DNA from: Catajapyx aquilonaris
Taxonomy: Eukaryota
Direction: 5' to 3'
NCBI GenBank assembly: GCA_000934665.2
Contig: KZ538362.1
Coordinates: 1 to 64,000, forward strand
Length of the DNA: 64,000 nt
A model generated the notes under the pieces. That model did not search any database. It had not been told where the DNA came from and was given only the letters and a program-made list of their open reading frames with translations. Of the stretch, positions 1 to 12,939 are shown one piece after another. Every line of letters starts with the position of its first letter. The first letter of the stretch is position 1. Made by a program: the position numbers and the translations under genes.

Positions 1-266
1 AACTGCTGAATGATACACTACGCCATCTTTGCTACTCCTTTATTTCTTTTGTTTTACTCCGAGAGGTGCTGCCACCTGTCTGTATAATGCCTAACAGGTT
101 CTATAGGTGGTTAACCTTTGTTGAATAGGGATCAAATTCATCCATTTTTTGTAGTTTCCGTACTAGTTGAAATAGTGATGGAGGGTGACCTGCTTTGGGT
201 GGAAAATTTTAGCACTGGAATAGTGCTGTCTATTCGTAGTCATAGATTTCATTTGTGTACTATCCT

Positions 267-1055
267 GTTTGTTTGTTTTCCAACAGGTTCCTTACGAAAC
301 ATGCCGAAACACGCACCCGACGAACAAACTAATAAACAGACAGACAGACAAAGAAACAAACAAATGAATAAATGAATAAATAAACGAACGAACTAACGTT
401 TGTTTATTAATTCATTTATTCGTTCGTTCGTTCGTTCGTTCGTTCGTTCGTTCGTTTGTTAATTAATTAATTAATTAATTCGTTCAGAATTCGTTCGTTC
501 GTTCGTTCGTTTGTTTATTAATTCATGCATTCGTTCGTTCGTTCGTTTGTTTATTAATTCAGGCATTCGTTTGCTCGTTCGTTTGTTTATTAATTCATGC
601 ATTCGTTTGTTCGTTCGCTTGTTTATTAATTCATTTATTCGTTCGTTCGTTCGTTCGTTCGTTTGTTAATTAATTAATTAATTCGTTCAGAAATCGTTCG
701 TTAGTTCGTTCGTTCGTTCGTTTGTTTATTAATTCATGCATTCGTTTGTTTGTTCGTTCGTTTATTAATTCATGCATTCGTTTGTTCGTTCGTTTGTTTA
801 TTAATTCATGCATTCGTTTGTTCGTTCGTTTGTTTATTAATTCATGCATTCGTTTGTTCGTTCGTTTGTTTATTAATTCATGCATTCGTTTGTTTATTAA
901 TTCATGCATTCGCTTGTTCGTTTATTCAATTATTCAATCATTCGTTCGTTCGTTCATTCGTTTATTCATTCATTCGTTTGTTTGCTTGTTTGCTTGTCCA
1001 CCGAGTGCGTGTTTTAACATGTTTCGTATGGCACCCTGTGGACAAACAAGCAAAC
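267..1055. mobile_element. Degenerate foldback/MITE-like element enclosing a minisatellite
   Basis: Arm ~281-329 (ACAGGTTCCTTACGAAACATGCCGAAACACGCACCCG) is the imperfect reverse complement of ~989-1047 (CCGAGTGCGTGTTTTAACATGTTTCGTATGGCACCCTGT). Confidence 0.55.
398..985. repeat. ~36-bp minisatellite with (TTCG)n tracts
   Basis: Repeats of TTTGTTTATTAATTCATGCATTCGTTTGTTCGTTCG; explains the repetitive ORFs at 670-1069. Confidence 0.95.
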
Positions 1056-1202
1056 AAATAAATGAATGAATAAACGAACGAACGAACAAATGAACAAATG
1101 AATAAACAAACGAACGAAGAAGCAAACAAACTTTGCCATTTATAATAATATAAATTTGTGCGCATTATTTTATTTTACATGATTATAAAAGGCAAAGTTT
1201 AT

Positions 1203-1246
1203 TTTGTTTGTTTGTTTGTTTGTTTGTTTGTTTGTTTGTTTGTTTG
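1203..1246. repeat. (TTTG)n microsatellite
   Basis: Direct reading. Confidence 0.95.
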
Positions 1247-2369
1247 AAAATATGTTGAAACATGCACAAGGTGGACAAACAAACTTTGCCTTCTTATAAT
1301 AATAGAAATTTGTGTACTCGTACATTATTTATTCTACCAATTAAGACACCAATTAAACAGAAACTGATGACATATTTTATACTGGCAAATTATTAGTTAT
1401 GTTCATATCAATTTCCAAAATTTAGGTTCCGACTATAGTTCATCGACACATGAAATCATTTCCAAAAAAAAAAAAAGGTTCGGTTTTAGCCCGGTTTTCC
1501 ACGAAACGCTGCACATGACTACCTTCCAATACCTGCTGAATCTAATCTTAATAAAAAAAATAATTTACAAAATATTGAAAAGCCCTGCAATTCCACTTTT
1601 AAATTAACTCCCATTCAAACCAACCTGCGGGATTCAATCTGACCTATGAAAAGCTCGTTTTTTTTTCTCTCTCTCTCTCCTTAAAACCCGGACCATGGGG
1701 GCTACCTGTCTTCTTTTCAATCTTCCTCATGAGTGGTCCAAATTTTCCGTACATTTTGACCATCCCCCCCCCCCCAAAGCCTAAAACTTCTCCAACTAAA
1801 CTACCTCCCCCCCTCCCCGCCATCCCCTACTTTAAAATGGGTACTTCAAAGAGCCCTTATCTTGATCGCCGTAGCTCCACGCACTTGATCCGAGGTGGGT
1901 GGCATGGAGGGGGGGAGGGGCTTTGGAATGTTTATGCCGCTTTGATGTCGTTCCACCCTATCCATACACCACCCATCCCAACCAAGGCCCTAGGGCGGTT
2001 CTAAATTTTGGTGGGGTAGAGCTTCTGCAAACTTTCTTGGGGAGAGAGGAGGAGGAGGAGGAGGAGAGATGGGGGGAGATGGGGTAGGGAGGTTTGAAGG
2101 ATGGATGGTCACCACCACGACTTGGGTTTTGGGTAAAGCCAGATTTCAGGTACCCAGATTTGGATCTGGTTTTAAGGGGCGTCAAGCGGATGGATCAGAC
2201 GAGAGAGAGAGAGAGGGTATTCATGAGAGGCTGTTGAAAGTGGGTGAGGCCTAGGAGGAGGCTAGAATGTTTGTAGTCAGTGAAGAGACGGCAGTAGTTG
2301 AGGCTAGCATGAATAAATAGCCACATAATTGACAGTATGTATCGAAATATAATTCTAAAGCATCTTATT

Positions 2370-2930
2370 TATTAATTAATAACTATCTTGAAAATAAAAA
2401 TATAGCTAAGAAAATAAAAAATGGCTAAGAAATAAATAAATGAATGGATAACTATATTGAAGATAAATAACTAGCCAAGAAGATTAAAAAAATCGCCAAG
2501 ATAATAAAAATCGCTACGAAAATAAATAAATAAATTAATAACTATATCGAAAAAAACATAAATAGCTAAATAAATAAATAACTATCTTGTAAATGATAAA
2601 ATAACTTGCTAAATAAATAACTGAATAAGTAAATAAATAACTATCTTGAAAATAAAATAACTAGCTAAGTAAATGAATGAATGAATGAATGAATGAATGA
2701 ATGAATGAATGAATGAATGAATGAAAAGCTCTCTTAAAATAAAATAAATAGCTAATACATAAATAAATAAATAGCTAATACATAAATAAATAAATGCCTT
2801 GAAAATAAAATACCTAGCTAAGTAAAAATATATGGCTACAAAAATAAAATAACTAGCTAGCTAAATAAATAACTAGCTACGTAAACAAATAAATATCTTG
2901 AAAATAATATAACTAGCTAAATAAAATAGT
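2370..2930. repeat. AT-rich degenerate tandem array with (ATGA)n at 2672-2724
   Basis: Recurrent AAATAAATAACTA(G/T)CT units. Confidence 0.85.
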
Positions 2931-3101
2931 ACATCACGCAATATTTAAGTCTACTGGCATTTACACGATGAGGGCATAATTTTAATGTTATATTTTCGTA
3001 TTATATAATTGGTTACATAATATTAACAACGGTTGACTGTGATAATTATATAACTGAGATTACATTTTATAATGCTTTATTTGCTAATGGTCAAAGAAAG
3101 T

Positions 3102-3347
3102 TTCGGACAGTTATCAGCACTCTACAGTCCGTTAAACGAAAGAACGATCTGACGTCTCACCAGCTTTGTTTTCTGAGCATGCGTAGTAGTATTCTTGCAG
3201 AGCGATTCGAGGAGGTGATAGGAGGTAAGAGCCTTGTGGAGGCGGGGTTGTACATGACGTCAGATCGTTCATTCGCTTAATGGACAGCATGTTGAGCGGG
3301 TTTTTCTTCCAGCTTCCACCTTGCTAGAGTTCTGATAACTGTCCGAA
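3102..3347. mobile_element. MITE with outer and inner inverted repeats
   Basis: TTCGGACAGTTATCAGCACTCTA pairs with TAGAGTTCTGATAACTGTCCGAA; inner pair at 3127-3156 and 3256-3285. Confidence 0.75.
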
Positions 3348-3450
3348 GCATATGCTATTGGATATCAGTAGTCATTGACTGCAACATGAGATGTGTTATT
3401 TGACTCGGACATTGTTATCATAAAATCAATCGCCAAACCCCCATTTTCTT

Positions 3451-3640
3451 CCGCCATTTTGAATCCTAGACATCATTAGTCGCATCAACCGTCGATCCCA
3501 TTCATCTTCCCTCGAAACACCAAATTAATAAAAACCTTCCCTCCGCCATTGTTAGTGATTGATGATCCTAGTCTCAAACAATGCCACTATCTCCCTCAAA
3601 ACTTCATCTGTGAATCCCCTCACCCAATCACCGCCATTTT
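3451..3640. promoter_or_regulatory. Three co-oriented CCGCCATT (YY1/Pho-type) motifs
   Basis: At 3451, 3543 and 3631, about 90 bp apart; function is inferred from motif only. Confidence 0.3.
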
Positions 3641-4334
3641 TAGTCCATCCCCACCCTACTAAGCCCCATTTGCATGAAAGAGTATTAATAAAATACTATA
3701 GCAATATTGTGCTAACTCCCTGTGGCCTGTCGGGGAGAATTAAGGTTATTAACAGCGATTAAGACGTGTTTTAATAACATTAGCCCAAGCCCGGTTCTAG
3801 GGGGTGGAGTGGGGGACTCCTTTTGTTCCATCCTATTTTGACGAGCAGAATTTAACTGCCAGAATTTGTCTTAGGCTCCATTCCTCTTGTTCTACCACCC
3901 ACCACGGACAACTGCCGCTTTTAATGAGCCGTTCCTTTTAATTGGAAGCGGAACCCGGTAATTATTATTTGTCCCTGTCCGAAGGATCATAACGTGAAAG
4001 CGTTGTCACCCAGGCCTTGTATGTGACTTGTACCTCCAGGATTTATGGCCTCAGAGGTATAGCTCATTCGGCTAGATTTGGACTAGGACAATGGGGATTT
4101 ATGTCGAGAAGGATCGTGTGGATTGCAATGACGGGCCCTTTTCATTGGCTCGGATTTCTAACCACTCAGAAATGCTCAAGATGCTACTAGATGGAGCTGA
4201 TCATGGTGGTGGAATTGGGTGGAGGCTAGATGTTGTGTGTGTAGCCTAGAGCGAGGCTAGGTCATAGAAATATGTTTTTGGCAGCCTTCGTATTACCTAT
4301 GTGTATTATCAATCTCCGAGGAAATATGATAGAA

Positions 4335-4700
4335 AATATCTGGCACTTCGCAACGTCGTAGCGGGTCGGGAGATGGCTTGTTGGAAAGCTCTGGTCTACA
4401 ATTGTGAAGCGAAAAATTCTCAAAATTGCAAATTTCCCCGCCGTTTTTGAACTATGACCAAAATATGATTTTGCATGTTCACTTTCGCCCCGTTTGCCGA
4501 TCCTCCACTAGATTAGCGCCACTATCGCCTCACCCACCCCACCCAACTCCCACCCGACCTCTTCGGGTGGCGCCACTCTCGGCCACACAGCCATATTGTG
4601 GCTCCTTTACTTGAATGTGTCCTTTCTGACACCACACATCATGGCAATTCGTAACTCGGGGATACCAAGCGCCGAAGGCCGAGGGGGATCCTGGCTTATA
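4335..4700 (+). mobile_element. Dispersed repeat, copy 1 (family unresolved)
   Basis: Shares ACGTCGTAGCGGGTCGGGAGATGGCT, GAAAAATTCTCA, CACTATCGCC and CCAAGC(G/A)CCGAAGGC with 27975-28365. Confidence 0.75.
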
Positions 4701-4840
4701 GAAACTGGCTGTGGTTAGAATGTCTGTGGACACGACCACGACCATCAGGTGACCCAGGGAGGTCATACCTTACAGTGTTAGACAACTTGCACCAAGGGGT
4801 TAACCCCTCGACTGTAAAGTGTACACTGGAGTACCAAATT

Positions 4841-4975
4841 CAAGGAGTACCAAGGAGTACCTGGGAGTGCCAAGGAGTACCTGGGAGTACCAAGGAGTAC
4901 CTGGGAGTGCCAAGGAGTACCTGGGAGTACCAAGGAGTACCTGGGAGTGCCAAGGAGTACCAAAGAGTACCACTG
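4841..4975. repeat. 10/20-bp tandem repeat (CAAGGAGTAC / CTGGGAGTRC)
   Basis: Direct reading; explains ORFs 4775-5304. Confidence 0.95.
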
Positions 4976-5307
4976 CAGGTGTACACCGGAGTACCGAAGT
5001 GGGTAACTCCTTGACTTACACTCTTAGAGAGTTACATCCTGGCTTATATGCAACCGCACCCTTGCACAACCGGGAGTATAACTCACAGGACCACAAGAAC
5101 AAGCTCATTAATCATTCATTTTTAGACAATGGAACTTGCAACAGAGCATCAAAAATCCAGTTCTTCATTAGGTTCGCCCCCATAGGATTAGAGGGTTCGA
5201 ATTTAAAGCTCATTGAGAACTCACGCACCAACGAAACATATACTGAACCAGGTCACGTTTCGAATGGGGGAACGGAACGTTTCGCCAAACTCTTTGACAT
5301 GTGAACC

Positions 5308-5575
5308 GAAATAAAAGAGAAATAAATGTGTCAAGAGAATGGTCGAAATTTGATGTCGTTAACGGTCGTTAACGGTCAACATATAGACCCATAGGACTTG
5401 AATTCCAATAGTATTTTAAAACTGGTGGTTCGTAGTAAATAAAAATAATAGACATAAAAGAGAAATAAATGTGTCAAGAGAATTTGACGTCGTTAACGGT
5501 CGTTAACGGTCAACATTTATACCCATAGGCCTTTAATTCCAATAGTATTTAAAAAACTGGTGGTTCATAGTAAAC
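5308..5575. repeat. Tandem duplication of a ~130-140 bp unit
   Basis: ATAAAAGAGAAATAAATGTGTCAAGAGAAT...GTCGTTAACGGTCGTTAACGGTCAACAT occurs twice. Confidence 0.9.
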
Positions 5576-7537
5576 GATCGATTTACTGTCACATACCCAC
5601 AGTTTTCATATGCATTTTTTGCAGTTTCTAGTTTCCAATAGACAAGTTTGGAGAATTTTTTTGTGTGTGTTTCTACAGGGGGGTGGGTGACAACAAAGGT
5701 TCATTGGAAACAAGGCTGCCTTTAGAAACATAGCATCGCTTTTCGAAATTTCAAGTCAGGTACCCAAAAAGGATTGGCAGCCATGTTCCCCCCCCCTTAA
5801 TTACTTGCTCTTTGTGCTCCTCACTTGTTCATGTCGAGCGAATGACGTGAGCTGAGCTTGACAGTCCCAACGGCAAAGCGTCACCGCAACCTCCATTTGT
5901 CATCGTTTCATCGGATGGAACGTAACATACGCGGGCAAACTATATAAAAAAAAGTTATGCCTATGGAGTGAGCGCCATCTCTGGTCGGAAAAACCAACTT
6001 CTTTTACTGTCCTGGATGACAGAACCGAAGCCAAACTTAATTATGACATACATACCTCTAGGGACACATTGCGTTTTGTCAAATTCAAGGTTCGTTACAT
6101 CCAATATCATTGTTATGCAAGGGGCCCCAAAAAAATTCTTTCGGAAGGGGTGTACTCAACTGTATGATGAACCATGCAGTATGTGGTATGACCTGTACTG
6201 AATAACAAAACGATGCGAGGGAAAAGGCACATCGTGAAGGCAAAGTAAACAGTACTGCTGTATACTGTAAAGCACTGTGTATGGGCAATTTCATACATTT
6301 ACAAACTACTTATAGTGCTCAAACTTTGTACAAATAATGGCTGAGATGCGACAATATGCTACCAAAAATCAACAATCGCAAACATGTGGGAACAGGACGA
6401 GTTATGGACCAATTTCAGCCCTTTCGTGGCATTACTGCAGTGCAGCCTTCCCAAATCCTCTGTAGAACTACGAAAATGCTAAACGTTTCTAAAATTCGCC
6501 AAAAATGTCGAAAATTATTCGAAAATTTTCAAGTTCTCCCTTAAACATACGTGTATAAAGCACTAAAGGTTTGTATGTATGTATATCCGCGCTATCTAAC
6601 CTCCTTCTAGGCTACTATTAGTCAATAACTTCAATAACCAAATATATGTGGCAACATCACAAATTTTGACCCAAATTCTAGCCCTTTCGTGGCAGTACAG
6701 CAGTTTCGAATCCTTGAATTTTGAATGGATTCAAAATGGCGGCAACAAAAATTCCATTTGGAAGTGGTTGACACGTTCCTGCGTAATAAACGAGGGTCAT
6801 TTGGGACACGTCAAGCAGAGTTGCTCCGGTAGTTAGCTGCTGTCATGCAAAACGTGATGCGCAAATTTCCTGCCTTTTGGGGGAACTCTGCCGGTGGAAT
6901 TTCGCTGACGAATTACCACGCTAGTGTATGACATATATATGTGTCTCACGTCGGTCTTAATTCTAGGACCTAGAAAACCATTGTTAGTAAAAGGATCAAT
7001 TGTTGCGAACGCTTGGCAAGTGCTTGTGAAATATTTTCCTGCGTGGATATCAACAGGTTGATGTTTCCAGGAATCGAACAAGCTTTAGCAAGAGCGAAAC
7101 TCATAGAGTTGGAGTTTTTGCTAAAACCGTGTGATGTCTGACCTCCTTAGGCCATCGAGATAGTCGGGTATGGTCCAAACTGTCCAAAACCATTAGACCT
7201 AGCCTCGCACTAGGCTGCATCACGATTCACTACAAATTCTAGCTTCTCCCCAGGTCAACCCCTATTGGTAGACATCCCCGCCAGGATTTATGAACAATTT
7301 ATATTAAAAATTTATGAATGATTTATTTTGACGATTTTAAACGAACTTTGTAGGCCAGAAGTGGTCCTAATTTCGTCTAATCGTCCCACTTCCCTCTGGA
7401 GTCTGTGACGACCCCGGGGTCCTGCCCGCCGTGACCGGGAACTCACGTTGGGTGCCAATGTGACGACCTCGAGTCCTCCTTGGGGCCAACCCCGTGCAAG
7501 CTCTACCAAGAAAACACCTGAGTTCCATGGACACTGG

Positions 7538-7867
7538 CAAGGGGGTAGTCACTTCGGAGAGCCGGTGTACACCCACACTGGTGAGCCGCGGAGAGCAGGT
7601 GTACACCCTCACTGGAGAGACGCGGAGAGCCGAGGGAAAACTACCTCATATCATCAACCCCGCGGGTTGTGACGTAGTTCGCTCTCCTCGGCTCTCCTCG
7701 GCTCTCCTCGGCTCTCCTTGGCACTTTGCGGCTCTCCGAGGCATCGGTGAGCCCATACGACCGTGGGTGAGCCTGCTGGTGAGCCTGGTGAGAGCCGAGG
7801 AGAGCCGCCGAGAGCCGCAACTCAAGAGAGCGGGTGTACACTTTTTTGAGGAGTGACTACCCCCTTG
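7538..7867. mobile_element. MITE with 16-bp TIR and internal (CTCTCCTCGG)n subrepeats
   Basis: CAAGGGGGTAGTCACT (7538-7553) / AGTGACTACCCCCTTG (7852-7867), plus subterminal GTGTACACCC / GGGTGTACAC. Confidence 0.8.
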
Positions 7868-7875
7868 TACTATCA

Positions 7876-7983
7876 GTCCAACAAGAATTGTCGCAGCGGC
7901 AGCGCACGAACTACAATCTACGAGCACAGGTATACGAGAGACTGTAGTTCGTGCGCTGCCGCTTGCGACAATTCTTGTTGGAC
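7876..7983. repeat. Near-perfect ~40-bp-stem hairpin (mini-MITE-like)
   Basis: GTCCAACAAGAATTGTCGCAGCGGCAGCGCACGAACTACA / TGTAGTTCGTGCGCTGCCGCTTGCGACAATTCTTGTTGGAC, one bulge. Confidence 0.9.
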
Positions 7984-8829
7984 ACCAGGTACACTGGTTT
8001 ATTGGATCTATCCAGGTCACTACCTTAGTACAGACTCTTCCAGACTCTCTCGACTTTGGTTACCAGCTCCCTTCTCCCCTGGTCAAAGCCAGGGAAGCAG
8101 TGCGCGTGCCCCGACCACATCACATGACCTGTAGGGGGCGGGTCTACCCAAATGGCGCCCAGCGTGGCTGCCTCACGAGTCAATACAAGTTCTAGCCTCT
8201 CCCCAGGTCTACTACAACTTGTATACATCCCCATCAGAATTTATGAACAATATATTTACATTAGAGGTATAGGTCATTCGTGGTCCTAATCGTCTAATCG
8301 TACCGCGTCCCTCTGGAGTCTACCCAAATGGCGCCCAGCGTGGACTAAAAATGGCGCCAGACCTGCCATCTCAGCAAATAGTCGATCCACCTCCCAAAAA
8401 ACTGTGGTCGACTACACCAGTATACATTCCAGTCTTCTTGGGGGGACATAAATCAAATGGACCCTCGCGTCCCTCCCCGAAAAAAAGCAGAGCAGGACAG
8501 TAGGGGATATGGTCCTCGTTCAGTTTGTCAGAAAGAGAGAAGCTCAGGCTTCGGTGTTTTATGGCCCCGGGGCTCAAGTCCGGGCAGGGGGAAGTATATA
8601 CATTCATATTTCGTCTGGTAGCATGCCGCGAGACAACGGAACGTAAGTGGTTTGCGTCTGCAGAAGCATACGTTACGCTCTTGCAGGGTAGTTTGTCTCC
8701 AGGGGGAAGGAGAGATTAGGCTGGTTTAGAGGACTGGGATTCCACTTTATGGGTCAGGAGAAGTTGTGGCGTGACGGGAAACGGTTTTAAAGTGAGGTTG
8801 GCGTGACGGATGTCACGGGGAGAGAAAGT

Positions 8830-9830
8830 GATCAGCCGATATATCGAAAATCGATACTTTTGTTACCTGTATTGTCTCGATCAGTATGAATCAGCGGATA
8901 TATCGATATATCTGGCTGTTTTGTGCCTCGATCAATATCGATATACATTTATCAATATCGATCACATTTCCCAACATTTTTTGTCGTGATTAGTTTCAAC
9001 CAGTCGCAGTCGATACATCAATATTTCTAGCTATTTTGTGTCGAGTTCAATATTGATATATCGATAATAATCGACATTTCATGATATTTTATGTCGCGTT
9101 CACTATGAAACAGCCGATATATCGATATTATTGCTATTTTGTGTCGCGACCCATATAGATATATCGATAATTATATTTCCTGATTTTTGGGGCGCGATTA
9201 ATATCGATAGCCTTTATTTCATGATATGTTGCATTTGGTATTTTCGTGCCGCGATCAAGTATCAGGCTGCCGATATATCAATATTCTTGCTATTTTGTGT
9301 CGCGACAGGTATCGATATATCGATAATGACATTTACTGATATTTTTGTGACGAGATTAATATTGACATCCATTATTTCCAGATATTTCGTCGCTGTCAAT
9401 ATCGATATATCGTTAATCTACATTTTCTGGTGTTTTTGTGCCGCAATCAGTATCAGTCGGCTGATATATCAAAATTTCTAGCTATTTTGTGTCGATATCG
9501 ACAGATATATCGATAACGACATATCCTGATATTTTTGTGACACAATTGATATCGATATCTGTCATTTTCTGATTTTATGTCTACATTTCTGGTCTACATT
9601 TTCTGGTATATTTGTGCCGCGATCAGTATCGGTCAGCCAATATATCGATATTGATCCAACAGTAAGACAAAATAGCAAGAAATATGATATATCGCATGCC
9701 TGATACTGATCTCTATCGATAACGACATCCTGATATTTTTCTGTCGCGATCAATGACGATAACAGATATATTATTATATTTTTGTCTCAACCAATATCGA
9801 TACATCGATAACCGATATTTCAGGTTATTT
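8830..9830. repeat. Degenerate tandem array rich in ATATCGAT palindromes
   Basis: Recurrent GCTATTTTGTGTCG and GATATATCGATAA; 14 exact TATCGATA counted by eye. Confidence 0.9.
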
Positions 9831-10412
9831 CACACGATAGAGCAGTTCATTTTGATCCAACTCTTGACTGATCACAAATTGAGTCCCAAGCACCCTACAA
9901 AATATGTCTCCCTCAAGTTTAATCCTTCACTCCACCAATTATAACTTCACCTGCCATCCTGTGGACTCAATGTCCTCTGACGCCACTCTGTCAGCTGGTG
10001 GCAGGGTCTCAAAGCACAAAAAGAGCCGTTAATTGTACGCTCCATCTGGTGACTCCAACTACGCAACCTTGACTCCAAGAAAAGAGGGAAAAACTGAAGG
10101 GTGGAAAAAGTTTTGAAAGGTGGCAAAAACGGTGGTAACGATTTTCTGATGGCAAACGAATTCTGGGTGGCAGCAGTAGGAAGAAAACGGGAAAGGATTT
10201 TGGATCACATTGGCACATGCGGAGGGAAGATCCCGTCGAGGGGAAAAAAAGGGAAGGGTTAAGGGAAAGAAAAGAACGCACTTAGAATTTATGAGAATGG
10301 AACCCATTCCGTTGGTTCTAGGCTTTTGGCTCCAGGTGTTTGGCTGTGAACGGTTAGACAGACCTGTAACGGTCTAACCGTCAATCAAAGAACCAGCAGG
10401 AATAACCTACTA

Positions 10413-10687
10413 CAGGGTGTTAATCCTAAGCATGTCATCAGAAAAGGTGGTGGTGGAGGGCGCAGGTGTGAGCATTTTTGCATCAGGAACTAGGGGTCGG
10501 AAACGCACCCTCACCGAGTTACGCCCCTTTCAAGTTTGCGGCAGGCAGTGTGCAAGAGGCGTGGGGCACGCGGCGGAGTGGCTCGGTGAGGGTGCGTTTC
10601 CGACCCCTAGTTCCTTATGCAAAAATGCTCACACCTGCGCCATCTACCACCACCTTATCTGGTGACACGCTTAGGATTAACACCCTG
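10413..10687 (+). mobile_element. Tc1/mariner-type MITE, copy 1
   Basis: ~105-bp TIRs beginning CAGGGTGTTAATCCTAAGC, flanked by TA on both sides; second copy at 28738-29010. Confidence 0.9.
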
Positions 10688-11164
10688 TATATTGCTCAAG
10701 ATTAGGTGTTCTCAACAGTTGCGAATACCTAATCTTGTCCTAATCTGAACTCACAGTTAGTAGTGAGCACTCACAATTTGTTTCGGAATTTTTGCTTCAA
10801 ATTCTGGCAACCTCTACAGCGCCCTAGAGGTCTTATCTGCCAGCCTGGCCGCTATCCTTCAAGTTTATTCCTATGGCGTGAAGTATAGGGTGACATGGGG
10901 ATGGATCGACCCGGGTGTTGGGGATGAGGTGAAGGAAGGGGGAGGAAAACGGGGAGGAAAAAATGGTGCTGACGATGCAAGTCGACAAGCGCAGCCTCTC
11001 AACCCAGGGGCACATTCCTGGAGTCAGGGGCAGAAGGAAAGGGGGAGGGAAAAATGTCTCAAGAATTCTGAATATCAGGGAGGAATTCCAGATTTGAACC
11101 ATGACCTCATCCTTGTAGGAGTTTAAGTCAAGGGAGATTAAGTGTGAATGAGAATGTGAGGGTT

Positions 11165-11500
11165 AGGATGTGAAGATATGTGATGTGATGTGATGTGAAG
11201 ACAGTGTGATCATCACATTGTCTTCATCCGATATTGACAATGATTGTGAAGACAATATGATGTGATGTGGTGTGATGATGCGAAGACAATGTGATGCGAT
11301 GGTCACATTGTCTTCACAATGTCAATATTGTCAATATATTGATGACAATATTGAAGCCATGTGATACTGTCAATATAATTAGATGTAAATATTATTGAAG
11401 TCATGATATACTGTCAATATTGACAATTTGAGGTGATGTGATGATTGTATTCACGTCATCACATACCATTCTTATCTGCATTGTAGACAATATGATGGCA
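11165..11500. repeat. Degenerate (GATGT)n array
   Basis: TGTGATGTGATG and GAAGACAATG units. Confidence 0.85.
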
Positions 11501-11939
11501 GTAATTGCAAGATTACCACACTCTAACGAGCAATTTGTGAATCCTCAACTCCTTTTGACGACAAAAAAACATTCGTAGATTCCGCGAGCATCCCGAGGCG
11601 TCTATTTGGACTCCAACTAGTGCCTGCCTGACGTACCCTCCATTCCATAAAGTTTTCATTCCGGACTGTAAGTGGTCCGGTGAGACGGGCCCCGCCAGCA
11701 TTTGGCGCAGATTTGCGTAACAACAGGTGCAAACACGTGCCACGGAATTAAACATTACGGTTCTTCTCATGGGAACTGGAGCGTTTCAGCGTGGTTCAAA
11801 AACATCTTGTCATTGTTCTCTAGGGAGGCATGCAAATGACACCTTGACAGTGTTGTAAAGGGACGGAAAAGCGGGTCAGGAGCGTTACTGGAAGTGTTGA
11901 GGGCAAGGTTAAATGCTGACCAAGTTTGATTCTCGATTG

Positions 11940-12150
11940 AGATACAATGTGATGATTTGATAGATGATGAGATGATAGGTGTTGATGTGATGATTTGATA
12001 GATGATGAGATGATAGGTGTTGATGTGATGATGATAAGTGATTTGATGATATGAAGGTTATTAAATGTGACTTTATGATGTGCAGTTGATGATATGTGAT
12101 GTGATATGATGATGTGACAGATGATGTCAGTTGATACTGTGTGACAGTTC
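11940..12150. repeat. Degenerate (GAT/GATGT)n array
   Basis: Includes a duplicated TGATTTGATAGATGATGAGATGATAGGTGTTGATGTGATGAT. Confidence 0.85.
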
Positions 12151-12939
12151 AACTTCATGATTGAACCACTCTTAGAGAATGAGTCTCTTACAATATGATT
12201 TTCATACTCTTTTTAACTTCCCTTACAAACAACCCTCTTCCTTCTCCTTTAAAAACTGGGAACTTATTCCAGTTTCTTAATAGATTTTCGTGCTCTATCT
12301 CAGGTGGAAATCAGGAGCTGAGAGAGCACAGAACTCTCGAGACGGTTCATTAGGCAATGAAGGAGCTGATTAGAATTTTTATTCCGCCTTTTCCTTGATA
12401 GACTTTCCGTGTCGTCCTCTAGGGGGTGTTTTTTCTGCATCAATCGAGTTTGTCCTCACACGTGGAGGAGATGCAACTCTTTTCAACCAAAATTTTCTAT
12501 GGAGCAACCTTAAGATTTTTTTCATTTTATTTTGAGGTTTTGGCCTCGAATGTGAGTCAAGTTTGTGGGGGGAAGGGTGGGGAGAAGAGTCAATTTACAT
12601 ATTGCGCAGTAAGTTCATCTCGCGCCATTTTGAAGCTCCAGACGTTTGGTCTATTGAAAGTCTAATGCCTGCAAATGGTAAACACGCTTCGTAAAAAGTT
12701 TGCGGAGTTTTGAAGTGAGGAGAAAATAAATTTTGCAGGGATTTTGGTACTGCGAAGGACAAAACGTTGAGGTACGATGGTGCCATGAGATTCAACAGGG
12801 TCAAAATATGGCAGAAATTAATAGTTTGGAAACTGGGCTATCAGAGCTGACCCTACAACGTCAAATAAATCGTGATTTAAAAAACCAATTGAACGGGCGT
12901 GTCCGAGCAAGTCTGGACCATTTGTGACAAGTTTCAGAC

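Larger units (their letters stand above)
7195..8343 (-). repeat. Diverged direct repeats (7195-7404 and 8165-8320) of the GAGGCTAG family
   Basis: Both carry TTCTAGC.TCTCCCCAGGTC, ATTTATGAACAAT, GTGGTCCTAAT and CCCTCTGGAGTCT; a 26-bp exact duplication lies at 8141 and 8317. Confidence 0.7.

Noticed and set aside
670..1069. Repetitive ORFs on both strands (also 4775-5304, 41781-42299, 48640-49762, 52676-53176, 56590-57027, 62258-62811)
   Set aside because: They are translations of tandem repeats or MITE interiors, open in several frames, with no protein-family features.
10417..10705. Similar ORFs at 10417-10705 and 28443-29358
   Set aside because: The similarity comes from two copies of a non-coding MITE; no transposase motif.
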